A stretch of DNA of 36,578 nt from Minisyncoccia bacterium (GCA_049299915.1 JBAQYG010000018.1:1-36578), one strand, 5' to 3'. Numbered from the stretch's first letter, positions 8,736 to 17,990 are shown. The notes: a model not told the origin generated them from the letters alone. Numbers and translations: made by a program.

Positions 8736-9746
8736 TTATTTCTCCTTACTCTTTAAACTATAACCTAAAGACTCGACTCTCTCTTTAATTTCGGTAAACA
8801 CTTTGTCTCCGATTTGATTCATACCCTGCAAGGTTTCACTGCTAATTTTTAAAACTCCGGATAGGGTTCTAAAACCATTACCATTCAAAGCCTTCACGGC
8901 TCTTCCTGAAAGGCCCATTTCATCCACTTTGATATCTTTGGGGTCTTTGTCTTTCAAAGCACTTACAACTGCTTTAGAGTCTATTTCTTCTTCTTTCTTG
9001 GCTTCTTTACTGCTTACCTTAACTTCTTTTTCTACTTCTTTAGTCTTAGCTTCGTTCCAGGGAAGAAGCCCTATCATTGATTCTGTTAGTTTATCTAGAG
9101 TTACCAGGGCTTCATTTAAAGCATCATGAGGAAGAACGGTACCATCGGTACCAACTTTAAGTCTTAAAAGATTGTAATCAGTTCTATCTCCTACGCGCAT
9201 ATTCTCTACTTCAAAGCTTACATTCGTGACTGGAGAAAAGAGAGCATCAACGCCTATTACTCCTATGGGTAATTTACCTGTTTTTTTCTGTCTATCTTCC
9301 ACTTGAGAATAACCCACTCCCTTTTCTAGGGTTATTTCTAAGCTAAGACTGGCTTTTTTATCTGTAAGAGTGGCTAAATGGATTTCGGGATTCATTAATT
9401 CAACTTCGGCATCTTTTTTAATATCATAACCAGTTACTTCTTTCTCACCACTAGCTTCTAGATACAAAGTCTTTGGTTCATCACTAAACAATTTAAAAGA
9501 TAATTGTTTTAGATTTAACATAACCTCTAAAGCATTCTCATAGACACCCTTTAAAGTAGTAAATTCATGAGGCACATCATTAACCTTAAAATACGTAACA
9601 GCAGCTCCTTCTATGGAAGAGAGGAGAACTCTTCTTAAAGAGTTGCCCACTGTAATACCATAGCCAGGATAAAGACCGGCAATTTCAAAAATGCCTTCTT
9701 TATTGCTTTCTGATACTACACTAAATTTGTTTGGTAAAATAATCAT
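8736..9746 (-). CDS. rpoA: DNA-directed RNA polymerase subunit alpha
   Basis: FEIAGLYPGYGITVGNSLRRVLLSSIEGAAVT (alpha NTD) and a C-terminal LSGRAVKALNGNGFRTL helix-hairpin-helix. A Lys/Glu-rich linker joins them. Confidence 0.95.
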   Translation of the reverse strand: MIILPNKFSVVSESNKEGIFEIAGLYPGYGITVGNSLRRVLLSSIEGAAVTYFKVNDVPHEFTTLKGVYENALEVMLNLKQLSFKLFSDEPKTLYLEASGEKEVTGYDIKKDAEVELMNPEIHLATLTDKKASLSLEITLEKGVGYSQVEDRQKKTGKLPIGVIGVDALFSPVTNVSFEVENMRVGDRTDYNLLRLKVGTDGTVLPHDALNEALVTLDKLTESMIGLLPWNEAKTKEVEKEVKVSSKEAKKEEEIDSKAVVSALKDKDPKDIKVDEMGLSGRAVKALNGNGFRTLSGVLKISSETLQGMNQIGDKVFTEIKERVESLGYSLKSKEK

Positions 9747-9798
9747 ACTGCTAAATAACTTACGTAATAACTAAGATTAATTTATATAACTAGTATTT

Positions 9799-10422
9799 TT
9801 AATGGCTGAAATACTCAACTACGGTATTAATATCAAAAGGTAAATTGAGATCTACTAGTTTGGGTTTGGCAGTTATTGTAATCTTGAGCGTTTTGGGATC
9901 TACTTCAAACCAAGTATTGTTTTTGGCATTCTCTGTTAGTTTGTCGGCAGCTTTCTCAAAAGCAGGTAATTTTAGGCTGCGAGCATTAATGCTGATAACA
10001 TCTCCTACTTTTAAACGAGCAGAGGGAACATCATGGCGACGACCATTCAAAGTAAAGTGTCCGTGAGTAGTTAACTGACGAGCTAAACTACGAGAAGAAG
10101 CTAAACCAGAACGGAAAATTATATTATCAAAACGTAATTCTAATAATTGAGCAACAACTTCAGGGGTAGAGGTCTTGGATTTAAAAGCGGCACTAAAATA
10201 ATTAGATAATTGTTTGTCTCTCAAACCATAAGATAACTTGAGTTTTTGTTTTTCGTTTAATTGACGACCATATTCACTTTCCTTGCCGGGTCTGGATTTA
10301 GGAGACTTGCCGGGAGCATAAGGCCTTTTAAGTAATGGGCATTTAGGTGAAAAACACTTATCCCCTTTGAGGAATAATTTTTCTCCTAGAGCTCGACATT
10401 TTTTACACTTGGGATCTAACAT
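9799..10422 (-). CDS. rpsD: 30S ribosomal protein S4
   Basis: N-terminal CKKCRALGEKLFLKGDKCFSPKC and the S4 RNA-binding domain RFDNIIFRSGLASSRSLARQLTTHGHFTLNG. Confidence 0.95.
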   Translation of the reverse strand: MLDPKCKKCRALGEKLFLKGDKCFSPKCPLLKRPYAPGKSPKSRPGKESEYGRQLNEKQKLKLSYGLRDKQLSNYFSAAFKSKTSTPEVVAQLLELRFDNIIFRSGLASSRSLARQLTTHGHFTLNGRRHDVPSARLKVGDVISINARSLKLPAFEKAADKLTENAKNNTWFEVDPKTLKITITAKPKLVDLNLPFDINTVVEYFSH

Positions 10423-10451
10423 ATTTTGAAATAAATGTATGAATTAAAATC

Positions 10452-10886
10452 TTATACTCTTCTTACTTTGGGTCTACGAGGACCATTGTGTGGAATAGGG
10501 GTCACGTCTTTAATGGCTATAATATCTAAGCCATTGGTGACTAGTGAACGAACTGCGGCTTCTCTTCCACTCCCAGCTCCCTTTATAAAAACCTTCACTT
10601 GGCTAGGACCAGTTTTAACTAATTTCTCTACTACAGTAGCGGCTACTTTAGAAGCGGCATAAGGAGTGGCTTTCTTGGGCCCTTTAAATCCTAGAGAACC
10701 AGAAGAAGACCAGGCTAAAATATTGCCTTTATCATCGGTAGCAGAAATAATTGTATTATTGAAGGAAGAATTAACATAAATAGAGCCCTTTTCTATTCGG
10801 CGAGTAATGCCTTTAGAACCAGAACTACTAACGGCTTTATTTTCGTCTATATCCCCACTTTGAGTTGTAACTCTTCTTTTTCCCAT
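10452..10886 (-). CDS. rpsK: 30S ribosomal protein S11
   Basis: SFNNTIISATDDKGNILAWSSSGSLGFKGPKKATPYAA...IKDVTPIPHNGPRRPKVRRV. Confidence 0.95.
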   Translation of the reverse strand: MGKRRVTTQSGDIDENKAVSSSGSKGITRRIEKGSIYVNSSFNNTIISATDDKGNILAWSSSGSLGFKGPKKATPYAASKVAATVVEKLVKTGPSQVKVFIKGAGSGREAAVRSLVTNGLDIIAIKDVTPIPHNGPRRPKVRRV

Positions 10887-10912
10887 AAAATTTAAACTAT
10901 AATTCTATTTTA

Positions 10913-11299
10913 TTACTTTAATTCTACCTTATGCTTACCAGAAGTGACTGTTTTCCTAGTATTACCCCTGACTGTTCTACAATTAGTTTTAGTTCTTTGA
11001 CCACGAGTCGGTAAATGGCGAATATGGCGAGAACCTCTATAGGCATTGATATCAATCAGTCTCTTGATATTGTCTTTTACCTCTCTTTTTAAATCACCTT
11101 CTATCTTATAGGTTTTTTCAATATAATCACGAAGCTTGTTAACCTCGGCCTCGGGAATATCTTTCACTCGAGTATTCGGGTCCATTTTAAGCTCCTTCAG
11201 GATCTTTTTAGACAAACCAGCTCCAATACCATATAAATAAGGTAGGGCTGCTTCTATCCTTTTATTTTCTGGAATACTTACACCGGCTATACGCAACAT
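10913..11299 (-). CDS. rpsM: 30S ribosomal protein S13
   Basis: MLRIAGVSIPENKRIEAALPYLYGIG...YRGSRHIRHLPTRGQRTKTN. Confidence 0.95.
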   Translation of the reverse strand: MLRIAGVSIPENKRIEAALPYLYGIGAGLSKKILKELKMDPNTRVKDIPEAEVNKLRDYIEKTYKIEGDLKREVKDNIKRLIDINAYRGSRHIRHLPTRGQRTKTNCRTVRGNTRKTVTSGKHKVELK

Positions 11300-11357
11300 A
11301 AGATTAAATCTTTAAAATCAAAATTATTAAATAGTTTACTACACAAAACATCGCCAA

Positions 11358-11471
11358 TTAACCTTGGCGTTGTTTGTGCTTGGGATTAGAGCAAATAATA
11401 TATACCCTCTTTTTGCGTCTAACGACCTTACATTTACGACAAATAGCTTTAACTGATGCCTGAACTTTCAT
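11358..11471 (-). CDS. rpmJ: 50S ribosomal protein L36 (not in the supplied ORF track)
   Basis: Hand translation of the minus strand gives [37 protein letters not shown]. It sits between infA and rpsM, as is usual. Confidence 0.9.
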   Translation of the reverse strand: MKVQASVKAICRKCKVVRRKKRVYIICSNPKHKQRQG

Positions 11472-11534
11472 AAAATAATAAAGAGATGATAAAACTATAA
11501 CTAATGAAGTGTGTAAAAAAACAAAACGTATATT

Positions 11535-11765
11535 TTACTTATTGCGGTAGACTATTCTACCCTTAGTATTGTCATAGGGAGAGACCTCCACTATAACTCT
11601 ATCTCCGGGCAAAATTTTAATCTTGTGTAATCTAAGCTTTCCCGCTAAATGTGCCATGACCTCGGGGTCAGTATCGTTAATATGCACTCTAAAGTTAGCG
11701 CTCGGCAAAGCTTCCGTAATTACGCCTTCCCGCCTTAATTCTTGTCTTTCTATTTTATCCATCAA
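11535..11765 (-). CDS. infA: Translation initiation factor IF-1
   Basis: [61 protein letters not shown] is an S1-like IF-1. Confidence 0.95.
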   Translation of the reverse strand: MMDKIERQELRREGVITEALPSANFRVHINDTDPEVMAHLAGKLRLHKIKILPGDRVIVEVSPYDNTKGRIVYRNK

Positions 11766-11798
11766 AATTGTGCGTATAGATTACTAAATTTTTGCTAT

Positions 11799-13202
11799 TT
11801 AGTCAATAGTAACCCTGATTTTAGCCTCATTTGAAGGTATTTTTTGAATATACCCAGGCCACAACTTAATACTGGTTTTATTCATATTGGGAATATTTTC
11901 CAAATATGTTTTCGCTGCTTCTATATTCTTACCAGCTAAATTATCAATAATTTCTTCTTGACTAATAAGGGGTCTAGAAGACCAATTGGCCTTGATTTGA
12001 CCGGTTAAACTACCCTTAGTAAAATCAGCTTTATTTATGGTGTATTCTAAATTAGGGTCTCCATAGATATCGGTAGTAGTATCAATTTGCTTCTGCAATT
12101 GTTCCTTAACTAATTTTTGTAATTCAATTTCTTTGAAAGCAATCACTCTAATTTCTCCCGACATAGTCACAGTGAATTTTTCAGCAACTTGATCTGTTTT
12201 TGCCGTACTTTCTATTTGTTGCATTTTATAATTCTTGGCTCCTTCCAATATTTTATAATCAGTAGAAATTTTGATTTTCAATTCTTCATCCAAACTATTT
12301 AAAAGATCTTTCCCTACTTTGGTTTCAGCATTTTTTAAATCATCCGACGTCACGCTTTTTATTCCCTCCATAGAACCACCGGCAGCAGCCTTATCGCTAG
12401 TGGCATAAAATCCTGCAAATTTTTTAGGATCATTGAAACCCGGAATAGTAAATTTGCCAGCAGGAATATTATAACTATCACCTGGTTCATCAGCTGTAGC
12501 CATGGCCTCTATATAAACAGGAGTTAGATCTCCCTGATTGTCTTTCTTGGCAGGAGGAACAACTAAGCGAGAATCTAGTCTGAATATCTTGCCACTCTCT
12601 GCTTGAAAACGCGTACCAGCCACTAATATTTGGGGTGAAGTGCTGTAATTGTTATAGATGCTCAATTTAACCGTAGCTTTAGTGCCACCAATCTTATTAC
12701 CAGTGGCTAAAAATTCTTGGCTCTCTTTGTGACTAACTACATACAATTGAGCGGGTATAAGAAGAGTGTCCACTTGAGTGGTACCTTCACTGGCTTCTGT
12801 TGTGGCAATAAAAACCCTAGCGTTATAAACACCGGGAGTTTTAACGGTATTAATATTAACGGTAGCTTTGGGTAAGATAACAAAGGCTAAGACATACAGA
12901 CCGACTAAAAAAATTACACCACAAAGAGGAATTATTATTTTTCTAAATAATGATTGGTCAATTGAATGAAAATGTTTAAAATGTATTTTGGGAGTAACAA
13001 CTCTGCGTAAAGTATTTTTCTCTTTTATATTCTTAAGCCAAGAAGCATCTTCATCTTCTTCTAAATAATTAATAGGAGGCATTTCTTCTACCGTATCTTG
13101 TATTTTATGCACCTCTACTAAATCTTCTTCGCTTCTTCTAGAAGAAACTGTTTTCCAATTTCGAGGTGGTTTAATGTCGTAAATTTTTTTCTTTATAGGC
13201 AT
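11799..13202 (-). CDS. Hypothetical membrane-anchored protein with a large extracytoplasmic domain
   Basis: Charged N-terminus, a single TM (IIIPLCGVIFLVGLYVLAFVILP), then a ~360-aa domain. The segment ATADEPGDSYNIPAGKFTIPGF is faintly reminiscent of baseplate-J-like proteins; this is unverified. Confidence 0.5.
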   Translation of the reverse strand: MPIKKKIYDIKPPRNWKTVSSRRSEEDLVEVHKIQDTVEEMPPINYLEEDEDASWLKNIKEKNTLRRVVTPKIHFKHFHSIDQSLFRKIIIPLCGVIFLVGLYVLAFVILPKATVNINTVKTPGVYNARVFIATTEASEGTTQVDTLLIPAQLYVVSHKESQEFLATGNKIGGTKATVKLSIYNNYSTSPQILVAGTRFQAESGKIFRLDSRLVVPPAKKDNQGDLTPVYIEAMATADEPGDSYNIPAGKFTIPGFNDPKKFAGFYATSDKAAAGGSMEGIKSVTSDDLKNAETKVGKDLLNSLDEELKIKISTDYKILEGAKNYKMQQIESTAKTDQVAEKFTVTMSGEIRVIAFKEIELQKLVKEQLQKQIDTTTDIYGDPNLEYTINKADFTKGSLTGQIKANWSSRPLISQEEIIDNLAGKNIEAAKTYLENIPNMNKTSIKLWPGYIQKIPSNEAKIRVTID

Positions 13203-13238
13203 GAGTACATTATACGATTTTATTGTTCAATCGCCAAA

Positions 13239-15071
13239 TTAAATTAATTGTATTTTAAGTCTTCTTACTCCGAAGGAAGAAGCTTCCTCTTTAATTATCT
13301 TAATTGAACCTATTTCTTTAGTTTCTTTAACGTGGGGACCTGCACAAATTTCTTTTGACCATGTGTTACCACTAGCATCTTTAAAAGAATAGACCGTGAC
13401 TACATCAGGATAGCGAGCCGCAAAAACACCAATAGCTCCACTTTCCAGGGCTTTTATAACAGGCATTTCTTCTTTTTGAACAGTTAAATTTTCGGCTATT
13501 TTCTGATTAATCAAATCTTCTACTTGTTTAATTTCTTCAGGAGTTAGCTTCCGCGGAAAATTAAAATCTAAACGAGCTCTTTCAGAGTTTATATCTGAAC
13601 CTCTTTGAGCTATATCTCTATCCAGAATTTCTCTTAAAGCTTGAAAGGCCAAATGAGTAGCACTGTGAAGTTTGGTAAGAATTTGAACATCTTTTTCGTT
13701 CCATTCATAACCACTCTTAAGTCCATGACCGCCGAATTTCTTTTCTACTCCAGCTCGTGAAATTTCTTGATGTTTTTTAAAGGCTTCTTCAAACCCACTA
13801 GTATCAACACTCATACCTTGTTCTCTAGCTATATCCACAGTAACTTCTAGGGGTAAGCTTGATGTTTCATAAAAACTGAATGCTTCTTTAGCAGAAATAG
13901 TGGTCTCCCCTTTTTGCTTGTGTTCAATTATAAGAGCAAGGACGTCTTTAGTACCTTTTTCTAATGATTTTTCAAATTTTAATTCTTCTGCTTTAAAAAT
14001 CTCTAAAAAATAATCAATATTTTCTAATTGGGGCCAGAAATCTTTATAATTTTCTCTAGTTGTTTGCGCTAAAACCTCTTGCCAATTAGAGGGTAATTTA
14101 AGCTTTTGGGCATAACGTACTGCTCTTCTAATTATTCTTCTTAAAATATATCCCCTATCAGTATTTGAAGGAAGAACACCGTCGGTAATAAGAAAATAAC
14201 TTCCCTTTAAGTGGTCGGCTATAATTCTTAGGGCACGCCAATTTTCTATATCTAAATTATGGCTATTTAAACCACTTAATTCTAATAATTTATTTATTAA
14301 AGGTTTGAATAAGTCCGTATCAAAAATTGTGGGAACAACCCCTTCTTCTGTTACTTTGCTTAAATTATCAAATTGAGAAACTAGGGTTAATCTTTCTAAC
14401 CCCATACCCGTATCTATTCCTAATTGTTTAAGAGGTGTTAGTTCACCTTGTTCGTCACTATAAAATTCGTTAAAGACTATATTCCAAATTTCTAATCCGT
14501 CTAAATAAATTTCTACTGTTGGTCCGCAAGGTCCAGAATTGCCCGTGGGTCCCCAAAAATTATCTTCCCTTCCTTGTCCTATAATTTTTTCTGGATCAAT
14601 CCCCGAAGAAATAATAGCCTCATAGCCAGTTAGGTCTTTGGGAGTTTTATCATCTCCTTTAAAATAAGTAAAAGTCATTCTACTTGAGGCTAATACTAAT
14701 TCATCAACGAGAAAATGATAAGCTAGAGAAAAAGCTTCTTTTTTGGAATAAGCTCCAAAAGAAAAATTACCCAACATCTCAAAAAAGGTGAGATGAGAAA
14801 CATCTCCCACTGATTCTATATCACTCGTTCTAAAACATTTCTGAATAGAAACTACCGTATTCCCTCCTAGTGGCTTACCTAAACCTGGGTGATTATCCAC
14901 TAAGGGATCTAATTGCTTGGTATAGTAGGGCTTGAACTGTTGCATTCCTGCTGAAGTGAAAAGAACACTGCTATCACTTTCAGGTACTGCCGAAGATGAC
15001 GGTATAATTTGATGACCGTTTTTGGAAAAATAGTTAAGGAATTTTTGTCTGATTTCGTTAGAAGAATACAT
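13239..15071 (-). CDS. alaS: Alanyl-tRNA synthetase, short form (610 aa)
   Basis: FTSAGMQQFKPY, FFEMLGNFSFG, and editing-domain HSATHLAFQAL...CAGPHV. The ORF stops soon after the editing domain. Confidence 0.9.
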   Translation of the reverse strand: MYSSNEIRQKFLNYFSKNGHQIIPSSSAVPESDSSVLFTSAGMQQFKPYYTKQLDPLVDNHPGLGKPLGGNTVVSIQKCFRTSDIESVGDVSHLTFFEMLGNFSFGAYSKKEAFSLAYHFLVDELVLASSRMTFTYFKGDDKTPKDLTGYEAIISSGIDPEKIIGQGREDNFWGPTGNSGPCGPTVEIYLDGLEIWNIVFNEFYSDEQGELTPLKQLGIDTGMGLERLTLVSQFDNLSKVTEEGVVPTIFDTDLFKPLINKLLELSGLNSHNLDIENWRALRIIADHLKGSYFLITDGVLPSNTDRGYILRRIIRRAVRYAQKLKLPSNWQEVLAQTTRENYKDFWPQLENIDYFLEIFKAEELKFEKSLEKGTKDVLALIIEHKQKGETTISAKEAFSFYETSSLPLEVTVDIAREQGMSVDTSGFEEAFKKHQEISRAGVEKKFGGHGLKSGYEWNEKDVQILTKLHSATHLAFQALREILDRDIAQRGSDINSERARLDFNFPRKLTPEEIKQVEDLINQKIAENLTVQKEEMPVIKALESGAIGVFAARYPDVVTVYSFKDASGNTWSKEICAGPHVKETKEIGSIKIIKEEASSFGVRRLKIQLI

Positions 15072-15131
15072 ACAAATATTGAAAGAAAATTCTTTTCATT
15101 GTAACTTTTTTAGTTCTTATTGTCCAGAAAA

Positions 15132-16211
15132 TCATTGAATAATACCACCACCCAAAAGCTTGTTCCCGCTATAAATAACTACCGATTGACCCGTAGTCGG
15201 AGTCCACTGGGGCTTTTCAAAATAACCAATTAATTCTTGCTTGTTTTTCGTTCTCCAAGTTACTTGTTGATCAACTTGGCGATAGCGAATTTTAGCTGTA
15301 GTTTTAAGCGGCCATTTTTGAGGTCCTTGAGTGTCTACCCAACTTAATTGGTGAATCCGAATTTCTTGGCTCCATAATTCGGAATAGTCTTTGCGAGCTA
15401 CATAAATTATATTATTGTCTATATCTTTTTTAACTATAAAATAAGCCTCTCCCCCACCCCCACCAAAACCATGTCTTTGTCCAAGGGTATAAAATGCAGC
15501 TCCATCATGATTGGCTACAATTTTATTTTCTGGTAGTAGAATAACTGGTCCTGGTTTAGCTTGTATTCTCTGCTCCAAAAAATCTGCTAATTTTACTTTA
15601 CCCACAAAACAAATTCCTTGGCTATCTGGTTTTGTTGCCACTGGCAACTTAAAACGTATGGCTAGTTTTCTAACCTCTGGTTTAGTTAAATGTCCAATAG
15701 GAAATAGGGTATGAGCTAATTGATATTGATTAAGCTGCCATAAGAAATAAGATTGGTCTTTGTTTTTATCTACACCTTTAAGTAATTCTTCTTTTGAGTG
15801 TAACCAACCTATATGTTTCACCCTGGCATAATGACCAGTAGCTATCATATCTGCTCCCATAGCTAGGGCCTTATTTAAAAATAAACCAAATTTGATTTCT
15901 CGATTACATAACGTATCGGGATTAGGGGTTTCTCCTTTAGCATAACCATTGAACAAATAATCTACTACTTTGTTTTTGTATTCTTTTTGGAAATCAAAAG
16001 TATAAAAAGGAATTTCTAATGCTCGGGCTACACTTTGAGCATCTTCTTGATCTTTGACCCAAGGACAGCCACTTTCATTTGTTTCATCTGGAGCCCAATT
16101 CTTCATAAAAATGCCAGTGACATCATAACCGGCCCTCTTTAAAAGAGCGGCGCTTGTAGCGCTATCCACTCCTCCAGAAAGAGCACAAAATACTTTTAAA
16201 GGCTTACTCAT
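15132..16211 (-). CDS. mnmA: tRNA-specific 2-thiouridylase MnmA
   Basis: PP-loop CALSGGVDSATSAALL, DQSYFLW, CFVGK; 359 aa; TGA stop. Confidence 0.9.
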   Translation of the reverse strand: MSKPLKVFCALSGGVDSATSAALLKRAGYDVTGIFMKNWAPDETNESGCPWVKDQEDAQSVARALEIPFYTFDFQKEYKNKVVDYLFNGYAKGETPNPDTLCNREIKFGLFLNKALAMGADMIATGHYARVKHIGWLHSKEELLKGVDKNKDQSYFLWQLNQYQLAHTLFPIGHLTKPEVRKLAIRFKLPVATKPDSQGICFVGKVKLADFLEQRIQAKPGPVILLPENKIVANHDGAAFYTLGQRHGFGGGGGEAYFIVKKDIDNNIIYVARKDYSELWSQEIRIHQLSWVDTQGPQKWPLKTTAKIRYRQVDQQVTWRTKNKQELIGYFEKPQWTPTTGQSVVIYSGNKLLGGGIIQ

Positions 16212-16786
16212 CGTGTTTCTGTATTTCTTAATAAGCTATATTCACAACCACAATACTTCTGTCTGTAGATACCATATTTTTTAGTAAGTTCTAATCCTTT
16301 GTTATAAGCTGTTAATTTGTCTAAAGGAAAAGTTTCATAACGTAATCCCATTTTATCAGCCAATTTATTCCCCCAGTCATTTATAAATTCAGTATCTTTA
16401 TAACGGTTAAGGCTTAAAGTTGTAGCCATATTATCGTATCCTAATTCTTTGGCTTTTGAAGCTAAAGCATTCAATCTGAAAGCCAAACACTCTTTGCATC
16501 TTTCTTCGTTTTCAAAATAACATTCAGGTCCTTTTACTAAATTTCTTTTTAAATAAATGAGCCAATTCTTACTATCGTATTCTCCTTCTATTAGGGTTAT
16601 GCCATAAATTTTAGCAATTTTCTCTACCTCCCTAAACCTTCTCAAATATTCACTGGGAGGATACAAATTGGGATTATAAAAATAGAGGGCTAAATTTTCA
16701 GCCCCCATTTTCAAGTCGTGAATTAAATAATCAATAATTGGCAATCCACAAGGAGCGCAACAAATATGCAAAAGTATTTTGCTCAT
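16208..16786 (-). CDS. queH: Epoxyqueuosine reductase QueH (DUF208)
   Basis: HICCAPCG ... YFYNPNLYP ... YRQKYCGCEYS Cys motifs. It has a 4-nt overlap (ATGA) with mnmA. Confidence 0.85.
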   Translation of the reverse strand: MSKILLHICCAPCGLPIIDYLIHDLKMGAENLALYFYNPNLYPPSEYLRRFREVEKIAKIYGITLIEGEYDSKNWLIYLKRNLVKGPECYFENEERCKECLAFRLNALASKAKELGYDNMATTLSLNRYKDTEFINDWGNKLADKMGLRYETFPLDKLTAYNKGLELTKKYGIYRQKYCGCEYSLLRNTETR

Positions 16787-16828
16787 GCTTTTACTTTATC
16801 ACTAATTAGAACTCTAATCAACGAAATT

Positions 16829-17338
16829 TTATGGTTGTGGCTTCCCGAATTCCTGGGCAACAAAAACAACAGTTTTTCCATTATAAATCCCTTCCATAGT
16901 AGCCATACCTATTTCCGTATAATGCGGATCCACTATATTCGCCCTATGGCTAGGAGATTTCATCCAAGAAGGGAGAATGTTCTGATAATTCTTGAAATTA
17001 ACTGCCAAATTTTCACCTGCATAACGATAATCATAGCCAGCTACCACAAACCAGTGCCATGGCGACACTCCTGTAGGGCTAACATGAGCAAAGTAACCAT
17101 TCTTAACCATATCTTGTACTTTGAGTTCTGCTACCCTATTTAAAGCTAAATTAACTTTAAGGGGTTTGAGTCCTAAAGCAATTCTTTCTGTATTGGTAGC
17201 TAAAACCATCTCTTCCACCATTCCGGAAGAATAATTGATAGCTCTAGCTGTCGAACTTAAAGAAAAACTACCTATAAGACTTAAAACCAAAACACCCAAA
17301 AACAATTTTTTTGTAGATAACATAAAAAAGAGAGGCAT
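16829..17338 (-). CDS. Secreted CAP/SCP (YkwD-like) domain protein
   Basis: Signal peptide ending STARA, then NTERIALGLKPLKVN...GYFAHVSP...YAGENLA...WMKSPSHRANIVDPHYTEIGMA, typical of CAP domains. Confidence 0.8.
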   Translation of the reverse strand: MPLFFMLSTKKLFLGVLVLSLIGSFSLSSTARAINYSSGMVEEMVLATNTERIALGLKPLKVNLALNRVAELKVQDMVKNGYFAHVSPTGVSPWHWFVVAGYDYRYAGENLAVNFKNYQNILPSWMKSPSHRANIVDPHYTEIGMATMEGIYNGKTVVFVAQEFGKPQP

Positions 17339-17405
17339 GTGTATTCGACTTATCTACCTAGTTGAATACGCTGCCCCTCCTTGCAGTTATCTCCTAAAGT
17401 AAATA

Positions 17406-17482
17406 AGCGACCGGTTACGCCACTGACTCCCCATAGCTTTTAGGCGTCCAATTTTACAAGCTATGGATCAACGTCTTCGCCT
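17406..17482 (-). promoter_or_regulatory. Structured RNA element, copy A (c-di-GMP-II riboswitch-like aptamer)
   Basis: RNA: AGGCGAAGACGUUGAUCCAUAGCUUGUAAAAUUGGACGCCUAAAAGCUAUGGGGAGUCAGUGGCGUAACCGGUCGCU. It has a 9-bp P2 and a loop/3'-tail pseudoknot ACGCC/GGCGU. It covaries with copies B and C. Confidence 0.6.
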
Positions 17483-17497
17483 ATTTAAAATTTTTAA

Positions 17498-17527
17498 CCA
17501 AACAAAAAAGACCTTTATGAAGGTCTT
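17498..17527 (-). terminator. Intrinsic terminator between aptamer copies B and A
   Basis: Minus-strand AAGACCUU-CAUA-AAGGUCUU followed by UUUUGUUUGG. Confidence 0.7.
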
Positions 17528-17550
17528 ACTCATTAGTCACTTAAAAACAT

Positions 17551-17626
17551 TAGTGGCCGGTTACACCATTGGCTCCCCGCAATTCAAGGTGTCCAATTAA
17601 GGATTGCGGATCAAAACCTTCACTAA
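17551..17626 (-). promoter_or_regulatory. Structured RNA element, copy B (c-di-GMP-II riboswitch-like aptamer)
   Basis: RNA: UUAGUGAAGGUUUUGAUCCGCAAUCCUUAAUUGGACACCUUGAAUUGCGGGGAGCCAAUGGUGUAACCGGCCACUA. Same architecture as A, with compensatory changes in P1, P2 and the pseudoknot. Confidence 0.6.
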
Positions 17627-17630
17627 CCCT

Positions 17631-17659
17631 AGTATGGACTCTTTTTTGTCCCTAGTCAA
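17631..17659 (-). promoter_or_regulatory. Candidate promoter immediately upstream of aptamer B
   Basis: The minus strand reads TTGACT-N17-CATACT. The predicted start falls a few nt before P1 of copy B. Confidence 0.35.
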
Positions 17660-17672
17660 GCACAACCCAATT

Positions 17673-17990
17673 CTATCTCTTTTCCCGTCTAGATAATAAA
17701 AGTGCCAATATGAGAACTACGATGCCTAATATAAATAACCACCAATAACTTAAACAGCCCCCAATCACAAAAAAGAGTAAATAAATAAGAATTAGCACAG
17801 TAATCAGGAAAGCAATCCAGATATTAAGGCGTTTGGCTGCAGTCAAAGAAATAACTACTAACATTAAGATTAGACTTAGTAATATAGCGATCCAATTATT
17901 TAAGCATATTCTCATTGAGAGATATGTAAGTATCGCTGTTAGAATCAATCCTATAATTAAAATTTTCTTAGAATTAGTCATATTTTTCAT
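17673..17990 (-). CDS. Small polytopic membrane protein (last gene of the TasA/SipW string)
   Basis: 105 aa that are almost entirely hydrophobic (3-4 predicted TM segments). It overlaps the upstream gene by 17 nt. Confidence 0.55.
   Translation of the reverse strand: MKNMTNSKKILIIGLILTAILTYLSMRICLNNWIAILLSLILMLVVISLTAAKRLNIWIAFLITVLILIYLLFFVIGGCLSYWWLFILGIVVLILALLLSRREKR

Noticed and set aside
15132-16211. Possibility of UGA recoding (code 25/4), as in some CPR lineages
   Set aside because: mnmA (15132-15134) and queH (16208-16210) end on TGA at the expected protein lengths, and no ORF shows in-frame TGA-dependent breaks. The standard code 11 fits.
17406-17626. Alternative identities for the repeated RNA element: yybP-ykoY (Mn), ydaO (c-di-AMP), ZTP
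   Set aside because: GGGGAGU recalls yybP-ykoY and GUCAG...AACC recalls ydaO. However, the elements are too short (~75 nt) for ydaO and lack the four-way or long-coaxial layout of yybP-ykoY. Their hairpin plus loop-to-tail pseudoknot matches the c-di-GMP-II layout far better. The downstream genes are not transporters.
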